Source of the DNA: Amoebophrya sp. A120 | Lineage: Eukaryota > Protista > Dinoflagellata | Assembly: GCA_905178155.1 (NCBI GenBank) | Contig: CAJINV010000003.1 | Coordinates: 6,415,985 to 6,479,984, forward strand | Length of the DNA stretch: 64,000 bases | Direction: 5' to 3' | In this document: positions 39,965-51,900 of the stretch, in pieces | How the letters are laid out: each line of letters begins with the position of its first letter | Position numbering within the stretch: position 1 is the stretch's first letter | Translations under genes and position numbers: made by a program | The notes under the pieces: generated by a model | Seen by the model: the letters and a program-made list of their open reading frames with translations, nothing else | What the model was told of the DNA's origin: nothing | The model's database searches: none

Positions 39965-41116
39965 TCGATCCATGATCTTCAGAAGCCACAAAATCTTGTT
40001 CGTAGATGATTTTTTGTCGCAGACAGAGAGGCATGACCGAGACTGAGTGGCAGTGGCGCACAAAAAATTCATTTACCGACAGCTCGGGGCGTGCTGGTAT
40101 TCTATTCACAAACTTGCATGACACCACCTGCAAGAAGTAGCAATAGCCTACTAAGCGAGCCGGAGCAATGGGCATGCCTTTGTTTGTGCCAGCTCGTAAG
40201 ATCAGGGTTGAGGATCAGTGTTGTTGTTGTTGCGATTTTTGCGTTGATCAGCCGCGCAGGTCCCCTAAAGTGGGAAAAACCAAGATCCAAGCAGGTGATG
40301 ATAGCGAGTCGGTCAAAAACAAAACCGCCAAGAGCCCTGCAAAAACTGCCCTCACTCACTCATCGGGTGGATGCGCCGCCGAGGTCCGCAGATACCTTAG
40401 TGAAAAAAAGAATAACACTGGTAATGGCTTAGTAAGAAAGAAAAAGATAGAAGTCGCAAAAACTACGTCTATTGTTTTTGTGCTAGAATAGCCGCCCCGC
40501 TGAACAACGGGAGACGGCCTGGCCGGTGAGTGAGTACGCCGTCAACTGCTCGCCGGGGCGCTGCGTGGAAAGGCAGCGCCGCCGCATGTCGAGCCGGGGA
40601 ACTAGTTTGCTTTGGTCCTCCCTTTTATTTTTGAAGTTCCCCGCCATCTCAAATCCTCCTTAACTTGCCGCCTTACTCTTCATGGACATGGGGGAGGACA
40701 TCAGCGCGTAGAACGGTTCGAACCAGGCTCGGGCTACAAGGCGACAGGTAAACCATCCCTACGCCCTCCGGTTGACCTTGACGAAGCTGACTACCAAACA
40801 CTCTGCGGATTTCTATCAGCATCGCCGACACCTAGGGCCACGCCGCCGCGCACTCCGAGGGTAGATCAGACGGACCACAGAAGGGCGTTGCGAGGTGGCA
40901 ACGACATCACTGAAGCGGGAGAGCGGAAGCAGGGTCTTCGTTCTACTGTGTGGCGTGCGTTATTTACTAGCCCTGTCTAGCTTGCTATACATGGTTCTCC
41001 TCCTCCTCCTCCTCTGTGAAACAAGATTTACCGACTAGCATTCGCAAGGCTTTTCAGTACAATCCCACTGGCTAAGTGTAAACCGGGGATGAAGCCTCCT
41101 TCCAAAGTAGACGTGC

Positions 41117-42584
41117 ATGAACGTCGCGTCTGAATCGAAGAAGAAATGGAAGATGGGGGGTATTCGACGAATGCCATGGACACTCGCGGGGGTGGCTCTG
41201 CTGTCGGCATTGTCAGTGCGAAGCATAAGCTTGAAGTGGTTTTACACCACACGAAAAGCTTCGCGCACAAGCGAAGTCTCTGATGCAGTTACTACTACGG
41301 ACACTGCAGAGCAATGCCCACTACCGCCGAATGCGCGGTGGTGCGACGTAAGACTGGTAAACGGAGTTTCATTTCCGAGTATGGAACTGGTGCAGCAAGC
41401 GGTCTTTTTTGGAGTTTTCGTTTCAAAATCAAAGCGTTGAGGCAAATATGTACACTTGGACGCGGAATGCGACGCCCCTGTCGTGCAATCGATATGGCTT
41501 AGACATCGACAGATCTACTCGTTCCTATGGAATTATGATATGTGAATGTTGTGAAGAGTGACTGTAATTGATTCAGATTCATCTGGCTCGTCGTGCGAAG
41601 GACTCGCTTAGAACAGTTCCTTGCATACTTGTGGCAGTCTACGCTAGCTCGGATATCGTCTCTAATAGTATCTGCCAAGTGGGATACTGGGAAGTGAGCG
41701 ATTTTTCCGTCTTCGCGCCGCAATCTCGTAAAACCTCCTCGTCCACCCGTGTGACCGCGCTCGACATCGGTGCGAATATCGGGTACTATTCGCTCAGTCT
41801 GATTGCGAGCGGAATGTTCGATCAGGTGATCGCGTTCGAACCCATGGAAAGTAACTTGCAGCTGCTGAAAGCGTCCCTATGTCGAAGTCCAGAGCTCGCG
41901 CAGAAGATTAAGCTGCACCCTGTTGCACTCGGTAAGCGTGACGAAACTTGCCAGCTGTATTCGGATCCCACAAACGTTGGCGACGGCGTTCTGCACTGCG
42001 GCACGGATTCCTTTCAGGGGATACCTGGGATACCGGGGGGCGCAGGGTACGTGAAGCGCGGCAGCGCTTTCCAAGTCAAGACGTTAGACGAGCTGCTCAC
42101 GGCGGACGCCCTGCTTCCTCCGCAGGGCCTCGCGGCAGGGGAGCATGAGCGCAGTCAGTCGTTGGCCTCCCCCGCCTCGTCCGCCCCGGGTCAGCACGTG
42201 GCGTTCGTGAAGATGGATGTGGAGGGGCACGAGTGCGAGGTGCTGCAGGGCGGGACGAAGCTGCTGTCGCAGGTGCACCCGGACAAGGTCGAGACAGAAG
42301 TGTGGCCGAAGATGTCCACCCCAGAGTGCCAGGCGGCGCAGTACCTGCACATGTACGAGGACGCGGACTACCAGCTTGCGCGCGAGCCACTTTGCGCGTC
42401 GCCGGACACAGCGGCTGCTTTCGCCGCCGGCACCACCCAGATTTCCAACTACTACGCCTGCAGTTCATCCGGTCCCGCTAAGCATGGATCTCGATCGACG
42501 CTGGGACTCTTGGAAGAAGACGACACCAAAATGTTGAGTCACAGTCACGTCGTCCGTCTGTTGTTTTCTCGTCGCGGATTGTAG
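41117..42584 (+). CDS. FkbM-family methyltransferase with N-terminal membrane anchor; 2 exons (intron approx. 41379-41631)
   Basis: ALDIGANIGYYS, VIAFEPMESN, VALG, VKTLD, VKMDVEGHECEVLQG. Confidence 0.85.
41380..41627. mobile_element. Degenerate introner forming the FkbM intron
   Basis: TATG...CATA ends; ggaactg / cagttcc inverted match; flanking 5-mers diverged (CCGAG / CTTGT) but the 5-nt register gives in-frame FPMAVY. Confidence 0.45.
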
Positions 42585-44427
42585 TGTCCTTGTCGAATTA
42601 TTCTTGGCCTTAATTTTTTTTTCCGACCCTGTCAGCATGATTTTCAGTCCCGGGATTTGCATTATCACTCGGAAGGGACAAGTTCATTGTTGGCCGCTTC
42701 TACTATAGCATTAAGCGTGGACAAGCTTTAGCTCTTCATGGAAGCTGCTTCCGCACTGCTGAAGTTCCGCAGCTGAGGAGCCGAGCCGATCAAGTATTAG
42801 CTCACGAGAAGCCCCAGCTGCACTCTGAAAGTTCAGGAACGTCACTCGCCTGACCCTGACCCGGATCTTCTCTGATTTTGTTCGGTCCGTGTTTGTGAGC
42901 TTGCGCAGCGTCTTTTGACTTTTGCAATTTTCTGCGTTTCGATAGGCGACGCTCGTGGCGTCGGTCGACATGATGAGAATCGATTGCGTTCCGTACTCGA
43001 AAAAGACGTGTGTTTGTCCTTTGTTGTTGTGCTCCTTTTGACTCGCGACACGCAGGCGCACTGTATCAATACTCAGAGGCGCCGTCGTTGATTACTTCTC
43101 ATCTTCTTCGACTATCGGATCAAAGCTTTTTGTTTTCGGGAATGAGAGTGTTGAATAGTTATCTCCAGGGCTGAATAATTTTTGCAGCGTTGATGATCGG
43201 TTACAAAATAAAGCGAAGACAGATCATCTGTACCACTCCGAGGAAGAGTAAGAGATTTTGATTATTTAACTTGTGAGAATAAGAGCCTCGTCAGGTCCGT
43301 GTTGTAGCGGTGTGCAAGTGTGTGAACAAGAAGTGCAATTCAGCGATGATACTAGTGCACTTTGTCATGTTTACGCCTCCTGAGTAATGTTAGATATTTA
43401 TCTTATACGGCAGATCGCCGTTAACTTTAAGTTTAACGGCGTGACTTCTCGTCATATAAGCGTATCGCATGATCTTTACGACATGGCATGCTATCCCCTG
43501 CTTTTGGCGTCAGGATGGTGCAAGCGCACCAACTCGGCATATCGCCCTGCGCGTGCCCGATGTGCCCGGGGCCTGTTTCGAGATAAAGAGTCGCAGTGGA
43601 TGAAAAACTTAGAATTATGCTCGGGGAATAAATCGAAATCGACGGCCGAGAGCACGTTACTTAGGACAGTAAGTCACAGAAGGTCCGTCCGATAACAAAG
43701 ATGCTACTACTTGGATATGATAATCTGAATTTGCTCCGAGAATGAAGAACACCACCTGTATGATTGTCACTTGAGCAAGCGTCCGGATCATATCGTGAGA
43801 ACCTTATGGTAAAAATTATCCCGATGCTCGTCAACTGGCACAACCACCACCGTAATCATACTCAACGATCAAATCCCTTTGTCGCTAAACCGTTCTAGGT
43901 GGTGGTAGGTAGTATCGTCTAAGTGTGTCGTGTGTCGAAAAAAGTGAAAGAGAAATGGCTGAACCACGAGATGTCGGCGGCGATGACGCCGACTCGGCCG
44001 AGGGCGAAGTGTTGATACACTGGTGCGAACAGCTGCCCGAAGGCTAAAAAGGTGCACGCAGTGAGACTCTGTGCCAAGGAACTGTTCGCAGAGCGCGGGT
44101 TTGCACGCAAACTAACATCGAAGCACGACACGACATCTTGTGTTCATCATCACGACAAGAGCAGTAGAAGAGAAGAGCGCAAGCTTCTTCTTCTATTTTA
44201 GTAACAGCAGATCTGATACTATCCACACAACACCTACACCACGCGGACCTTCTCTTGCTGTTGACCACCGGAGTTGTAGTGATACACCGCGGAGAAGATA
44301 GAAAACTGTGCACTATTTCCCTCGTCCGTCGTGGTCGCTACGAAAGTTCTGTGGTTTTGCGCGTGTGGCTGCTTCGTTGTCGATCTTTTTCCAATCGACA
44401 GTCGATGCCACGTTCCTGGGCGGGGAA

Positions 44428-45885
44428 ATGCACCGACGGCACGCCGACGGTGCGAGCATCGAGTCCTGGGCCAGTCTGTATCTTGTGGTAGAAGACAAAA
44501 ATAACAAAGAAGAAAAAGAACAAGACAAGAAAGGGGTAGCAGAACAGGAGGTGGAAGCTCATTGCAGTAGGCGCACGAAAGACAGAAAGCAAGCAACGCA
44601 GCAGCCACCTCTTCTCTCGGTCGGCGACCTGCTGGAGGGGGTACGAGCGAAGTGCCAGGACCTCTGTGCCGAGCCGGTTGCTGTTGCGTTGTGGAACGAA
44701 AAGGAAGTCGAGGAAGTAGCGGCGGCAACTTCCCTTTTGCACGCGGTGCTTGCTATCCCACAGAAAAAGACAGGCAGGGCACATTTTTGATGCGAAAATC
44801 AATCCTTCTTTCTTACACCGAAAAATCTGTCATGGGCGACCTCTTTGCATGCCGTGTAGGACATGAAGCACAGACTTTTTTGCTTATTTATTTTTGCGTT
44901 TGCTTTGGGTTTCATTGTTCATTTATTTTCGCGTTACAAATATGCCCTGCCTGTCTTTTTCTGTGGGATGCTAGCAGATCATCGTCTTCGTTGTTCCGTG
45001 GCTTCGACCGGCACAGAATCCTTGTCACGCGAAGCAGAGAGGCCGCGGGGGCTTCATGGTTCTTTTCTCGACGACACTGTTCATCTCGTCAGAACGGTTA
45101 TTTGTTTGAAGACCACACAAGAATTGCAGGAAAAGGTGGCCGGCGACGGGGTGAACGCGGCTGCAACGCGCGGTCTTTCGGGAGAAGCGCGACAAAATCT
45201 GTATTCGACGTCGACCACAGAGCAGCAGTTCGTAGATCCTAGCGTCGGCTTCTCGGTTCTAATTCAGCGACCGGGTCGAAGACAGAAGCGAATGGCCGTG
45301 AAGGTTGTTCGCGAGAACGAGCTCGCTGCGTCTCCGGGATCTGTTGCCGAGCCGGGCGCGGCCTCTTCACGCATGGAAGACAACCTTCAGCATCCTCCTG
45401 CTGCACCCCCAGTGTCGTTATGGAAGAAAAAAAACTTGTTGTGTGCGACGGCGAATTTGTATTCTTTTTGCGAAGCATGAGCACGCAGGCGCAGCTTCGC
45501 GAGGGTGCATGTGTGTTTGTTCGCATGGATATCTATGGACGTGGAGTCTCGGTCCGTGCATATTCAACCATATTAATCGCAATTTTTGTTTTTCTTTTTT
45601 ATGATGCCGTGCGCTAGCGCAGAGTGCTGCCCTTGCGTGTGTTACTTACCAGTCGAATCCAAAGAGTGCCACAGCGGTGTACTAGTTTTTTTGTGCTGTG
45701 ATAATTTTGGTTCGATCACTACAGCCACCACGGGGGCCCAACCACTGGGACCACCTCGAGTGGCGCCGGCGCCCCGCCAATTCATCTCCAGCACGACCCG
45801 CGCCAGCATCAGGCTGAGGCATCGTTGTCCCGCGGAGTTCCTCCCATCGGCGGGAGCGACAACCCGCATCACCCGCCACAGGTAG
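44428..45885 (+). CDS. Hypothetical protein interrupted by two introners; start and end uncertain, may be the 5' part of the downstream gene
   Basis: ORFs 44308, 44863 and 45586 join in frame when 44754-44970 and 45419-45605 are removed with one TSD each. Confidence 0.45.
44754..44970. mobile_element. Introner with ~32-bp TIR (TSD CTTGC/CTAGC)
   Basis: tatcccacagaaaaagacaggcagggcacattt vs aaatatgccctgcctgtctttttctgtgggatg; removal gives HAVLADHRL. Confidence 0.85.
45419..45605. mobile_element. Probable degenerate introner (TSD GTCGT/GCCGT)
   Basis: Starts TATGG; A-rich left end and T-rich right end are weakly complementary; in-frame join PVSCASAE. Confidence 0.5.
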
Positions 45886-45902
45886 GGACGAACGGCGGTG
45901 GT

Positions 45903-48900
45903 ATGCGCTTCAACGAGTGGGGCTTGTACGAGCGCGTGGAATTGCAACAGCTTGGCAACACGGTCGCGGAGCCGCACGGGCATTATGGACGAACACGGAT
46001 AGAGGACACCGCCTATATAGACCAGCGGGGTGGGCAAGGACATCACCACCAACACCACCCACCCGCGCCGGATCACTGGCTGCCTGCTCATGACCATAAC
46101 CACCAGGGCGTGGAACTTGTTTCGTCCAGCGGGTTACATACAGTATTCTGTTTCGATGTTGATGTTTTCGATTGGAGTCGTGTTTGGTTCCGTGGCTGCC
46201 CCCGTCTTTGTTCGCGGGTTCTCAATGCTGCAGTTCTTTCGCACAGAACTTCAGTTTTCGCTTCTGGTCATGGAAAAAATTCAGGCGCGTCTGTAGTGTA
46301 TACTTATAAATATCGCACCGCTGCAGAAGTAGAAGTACGGTGAATTATGTGAATAAACTTTTTAAACAGCCACCCCCGCCTCCTCCGGAGGAGGAAGAGA
46401 CACCACCGCCACCCCCACTGTGGGAGGAATACACACCCGAGAGCAAGTTCTTCGAGGACAACAAAATGCTCGGCGGAGTAGAACAACCGAGCGACCACGG
46501 TCGTGCGCTTGTGGAATCGCACGGCCACACGCAGCACCACCCAAGCGGCATGATCCCACAGCACTTGCAGTACGGGAAGGGTAGTGCCGTCCCTTCCTCG
46601 GCGCCGAGCGGGGGGAGGAGCCATGCTGGCCTGCCGCCACACCAATTGCGGGGCCCCGAGCACGGCGCTCCTCGACAACCACACCAAGTGGCGGCCGTAG
46701 ATCACGCAGACGCGTCCGCTCGGCAGGAGCTTTTGCACCACCTTTCGGGTGAGCACTACTTTAATCACACAACGAATCACTGGGAACAGATGGACACGTA
46801 TTACCAGAATCAGTCCAACGTGCCAGGGGGCGCGACTGCGTCTAGCTTTCAGGCAACCCAGAACTCGCAGAGCTTACCCGGTGGCGGAAGTGGGCCCCCG
46901 AATTTTCAGCCAATGGCTGCGCCCGCCTCCGAACTGTCTGTCGATGGGCGCGGCCAACATCTTGGCGGAATCCCGCAGCACCAAACGCACCAGCAGGCAC
47001 CATTTCAAATGCGAAACAATTCCTATACGACTGCACCAACTAGCGGTGCCGGCGCAACCCATGGCGGCCCGGGTGGGCCCACTGCACCGCCACAACACAT
47101 GCAACACCACTCTCAAAAGCAGATAGAGCACCACACGCAGCACCAGCGTCGGCATGGGACAGCTGCCTTTCCGGACCAGGGACATCACCCCTCGACCTCC
47201 TCTTCCTCGAGAGCAAGAAACCCACACCAGCATTCCGTGCATGAGCATCCGTCATCGCAGGCGCACCTGGGAACCACAGGTCCCCCACCCGGGGGAATGG
47301 GAACATCAGCACCGTCGAAGTCCTCGCATAGCAGTTTTCTAAATCCGACTACCTTTAGCAACCACTCGAACCACAGCGGCGCGCATTCGCAACATCCGCA
47401 TTCATCCAGTATGATAAGTACTGCTGCACCAGCCACGACTACAGCCGCGTTGAGCGTGCCAACGGGGACGTCGAACGCCAGCGGTAGCAAAGGGCCAACA
47501 ATACCTCTGGGCCAAGCCCTGATAAGGCCTTCGAACGTCCCGCCGCCACCTAAGTTTGCGCCGCCCGACCCTCCTACAAACTTTCCAATCCCACCCCGGA
47601 TGAAACCTGTGATCGGACTGAGGACTGACCCGTCCTCTTCTACCGCGGAGCAGGAACACGGTACTAGTGCTACGACGTCAAGAGGGATGATGCACAGCGG
47701 TGCAAACAGTAATGCTGCCACCAGCATTGTGACCGCACAACATCACCCACCTAAGCTGCAACAGCCGGTCTTTGTTCCGGCCTCTTCCCTCCTGCCCGCG
47801 CACCTGCAACCACCTTCCGCGTCGCAGCAGCAACCGCGCGCCGATCCTTTGTCGACCAAAACGGTAGGAGCAACTACGCTGTTGAACAGCGAGGCGGTCG
47901 GGCCAACCTCGAGGGGTCCGACCCCGGAACCGGCGGGGAGTAAGCGATTTCAGATTCGGGATCCGCACACGGGTGCGGCGCTTGACATTCAGCGAACGTC
48001 GACCCCGACCGGATACCCGAACAAACTAGGCGAGAGCGGAACTGCAGGCCAGCCGCAACTGCCGCCACACCAGGGTCTGTATGGTCTTGGCACTGGCGGG
48101 ACTACAACTACTGCCACGTCTTCCGCCACGGGTGCACCGGAGCAGCACGGCCCTCCCCCGGCTGCTGCAGCGGAGTCAGTTAGCGTAGTTGCTTCCAACT
48201 CTGCATCAAATCTGGGCCCCTTGAACAAGCAAATGCTGAATCACGCCGCCAAGGAGTTCACTCCCGGGTCCGTATTCACGCCCAACACGAGCGCGCTGTA
48301 TTCCAGCTGGGACAGCGACCACACCGCCACTACCACGACGCATCTCCTGAAGAACGAGAAGTCGGTGCACGCGATTCGCGAGTTTACTCCGGGCGTGCCG
48401 TACGCACCCGCCCATCACGGCGGATCCGCCGACGGCTCAGCGCCGGCGGGGAATCACTTGTACCCGCAGCAGCACGCCGGGGGTGGAAATAATAAAGTTG
48501 ACCACAGTAGTTGGCAGCAGCATTTCCGATTGTACAATTCCGTCGCGCCCGATAGCTTTACCACGCACCCTACCATGTTCGCGCGGCACGACGAATTCAA
48601 GTTGTGGCAGGGTCTGGCCGTACAGAACTCAAAGGGGAAACCCAAGAGCCATTTCGAGCTACGGCTGTTCGTCGAGAACGTCATACAGTGTGAGCGGCTC
48701 TGCGATGCCCACACGGGTGCGGTGCTTTCCTTTTTGCACGCAGCGCCGGTGTCGACCGCGCTGCATGAGATCGAGAACCGATTCGCGGTCGAATGGGGCG
48801 TGCTGGATCCGCTGCAAAACCCCAAGCCCCATGCTGAACACCCAGTTCTCGACGGGGCGGACATCGAAAACTCCTTCGGGGGTAGCGTACATCCGAGCGA

Positions 48901-51900
48901 CGGCGCCGAATCGGGGGAAGTTGCAACTGCGTCCGCGACAGCACCCGGAGCCGGGTTGTCAGCCCGGTCGACGGGTGGACTCCTTGGGGAGCAACGAACA
49001 CACGACATCGAAGCCTCACTGCTCTCAAGCGAAAGCGAGGACATCTCACGAAACGTTCCCGCATCCGCAGCATTTCGCCTCTCGAAGTTACTGAGGATAC
49101 GCTCTCCCACACAAGGCATCGACCTCTTTGTGCCCACGTCGGTATTTTTGATCTTTCCTCGTCCACATGTGTTGGTTTTTAAAAGCTATGATTTGCGCAG
49201 AAACAGAATTCCTATATCGGAGATCCGAGGTTTAGACAACTCGCAGGCTGTGCCACAAGCTGATGCTGAGTAGTATCTATGCTTTTTGAAGAAATAGAAA
49301 AACTACTTCAGTGCAACGTACCCGAGATCCTAGATTTCGCCGTCTTCCCGTGTCGCTTGTTCGTCAACAGACCTGTAGTGGCTAAGTTCGCGATCCCGAC
49401 ACTGCCCGGCTCTACTACACCGCGCAACAAAACCCGACTCAAATTCGCGAGCAAATTTCAAATCGTTTGGGAGAAGCGATTCCCTGGAGAGATCGCGTGG
49501 CGACTGATGGACGCCCAGCAGCTGAATGTGTGCCATCCGCAGCCGCACGAAGCGGGTGCGCAGTTGCGGTGCCGCGTTTTGTTCGACGACTTGCTGGATA
49601 ATATGAACAATACTCTACTAGACACGCCAGCAGCAGGATCGTCATCAGCAGCTGGCGACGCTGCGGGGGCTCTTGTTGATGAGCAGCACCTGAGCAATCT
49701 GAAGTCCGTTCCGATTGTTGAATCGGCAGAGCAGCTGCAGCACAGCGGAGGAGGTAGAACTCGAGAAATAAGTGGTACATCAACTATGACAGGCACCACA
49801 GCAGGGATGATCATACAACAGCACCCCGAGCAACAGTCCTCTCCTGCGGTTCTTCACCTGCCCGACGCAGCTGGTTCTTCGATAATGAGAATCAACGTGA
49901 GTGGAGGTGCAACATCTTCACTTGAGCCTGCTCCGTCGCAGCAGGTGCAGCTGCGGCACTCGGGGGAGGAGCTGGACCGCGGCAATTTTCTGGCGCAGAT
50001 CACACTGGACGCAGTGATTGAGGAATCGGCGGAACCCTTCTGGAACCGCGACTGGATCGACGTGGACCAGCTGCAGCTGCAATGCAGGAAGCTTGCGACC
50101 ACGACGGCGTCCAAGCAGAGCCTGTACTTCAGCCCACACTCGGAGGGCGAGGCCAGCGACCACGTGTTCCTCCCGACAGAGGAAGGAACAAACTCCAATG
50201 AAGATGAAGACGACGCGCAGGAGGACGAGGCGAGGTTGCCAACCAGCGCCGGACGAGTACTAGGGGAAGAACCACTTGGAGGGAACAAGCACGACAGGAC
50301 GAGCAGTGGTAGCGCAGCCCTCGTCGCGCCGCTCACGGTGGCGGTCCATAACGATCCTTTCCGGGACAGAAGCGGTAGAAGCAGCCACCTGTTGAGCACA
50401 CCAACAACAAACGAGCAGCCGCAGGTGATCACTCCGGAGACGCTGGTTGACCTGTCTGCCGTCAATGCGCCGCGCATTGAACAACCTCCAGGATCATCCG
50501 CTTGCGACCCGGCCGACAAAGCCGGGGCGGTAGACGCCAACGGTAGGCTTGTGAATCACCTGCCCGCCCAGCAGCAGAGGTCCCCGCTACTGAATGCCGC
50601 GTCTCTAACCGGGGCCCTGGAGGATGCAGACTGCGTGAACCTGGTGGACCCGCCGCAGCTGCTGCCAGGGGAGGAGGAAGTGAAGTCGTCAGCCTCGTCG
50701 GAGAGTACCGGTTCGTCCAACCTCACTACCGCGATGCCGCTGGAGCGCCGCGGCCCGGCCGGGGCCGCGCTGCACCCCTTTAGCCCGGCGTCTCGCCGAC
50801 TGAGCGCGTCGGAGAACAATGTGCAATCGTGGAGCAGCAGCGGCTCGGCGCTGGCGGAAAACAGTGCTGGAAATCTGCTCGGTGCAGCGCATGGTGCTAG
50901 TACCACTCAGATCATGTTGACGCCTCGGTTAGCGGACCCCGCCCTTGCGGAGCCACAGACGAGTCAAGACCTTCGGAAGACGCATAGCCGGCACCACCGA
51001 ATCTTTCCCACGATTTCGACGGACAACCCGCTGTTTCTCCGCAGCGCGTTGTATGGCTTATATCCGCCCGAATCTCCACCGCACCATCTGCGGGTGATGA
51101 GCTTTAACGTGCTCTGTCCCGAGTACGCCCTCAGCAACTTAGCAAGGGAGCGACTGTATATTGCATCTTGATAGAGTCAATTTGTCTCTCATCCTGATGG
51201 AGTCCTGGGATTCATCCTCTTTTGAGCCCTTTACTCAGTAACATCATCAACGTCACAGTCTTGTTTTTGGCGCTTTTTATCTGCTCTCGTCTGCGGTGTC
51301 CTAGGCAGTATCAGTAATCAAGAAGTGAAATTAGAATTATGCATTGGATTTTTACCCATCGATCTACCCGAATTAATAACAAAAAAACAGCTATGCCTCT
51401 TGTCCAGTGGAGTACCTGGAAACTGCCTATCGGTTACCGCACTGCCTGCTTGAGCTTCAGCAAGTAAATGCGGATTGCGTTTGTCTGCAAGAGGTGAGCG
51501 CGCACTGGTATGAGCAGGGAATAAAACCGCTGCTGGAAGCGGACTACATATGTTTTCACAAGTGCAAGGCTCACATCGAAAACCGGGCGTTTTTCGTCAC
51601 AGAGGGTTGTGCCATTTTCTTTCGCCGGACGAGGTTTAAGGTGCTGCAAGCCAATCAGGTACAAAGTCACATTTTCTGTATGAGACTGCAATCGTTTTTG
51701 TCTTATACTTATGTCGTTTGTAGTGGTTGTGGTTGTACAAGCCGTTTTGTTTACTAGAACAACTCGCAAAGCTGAAGCCGCGAGTGTCTCATTGCCGCGT
51801 CTCAATTGTCAACACGGACTCTCGGCCAGCACGATTAGTTGTATCTATTTGGGAGAATAAAACGTACATCAGGTGTCATTGTCGCAGATATCCGTCAGAA

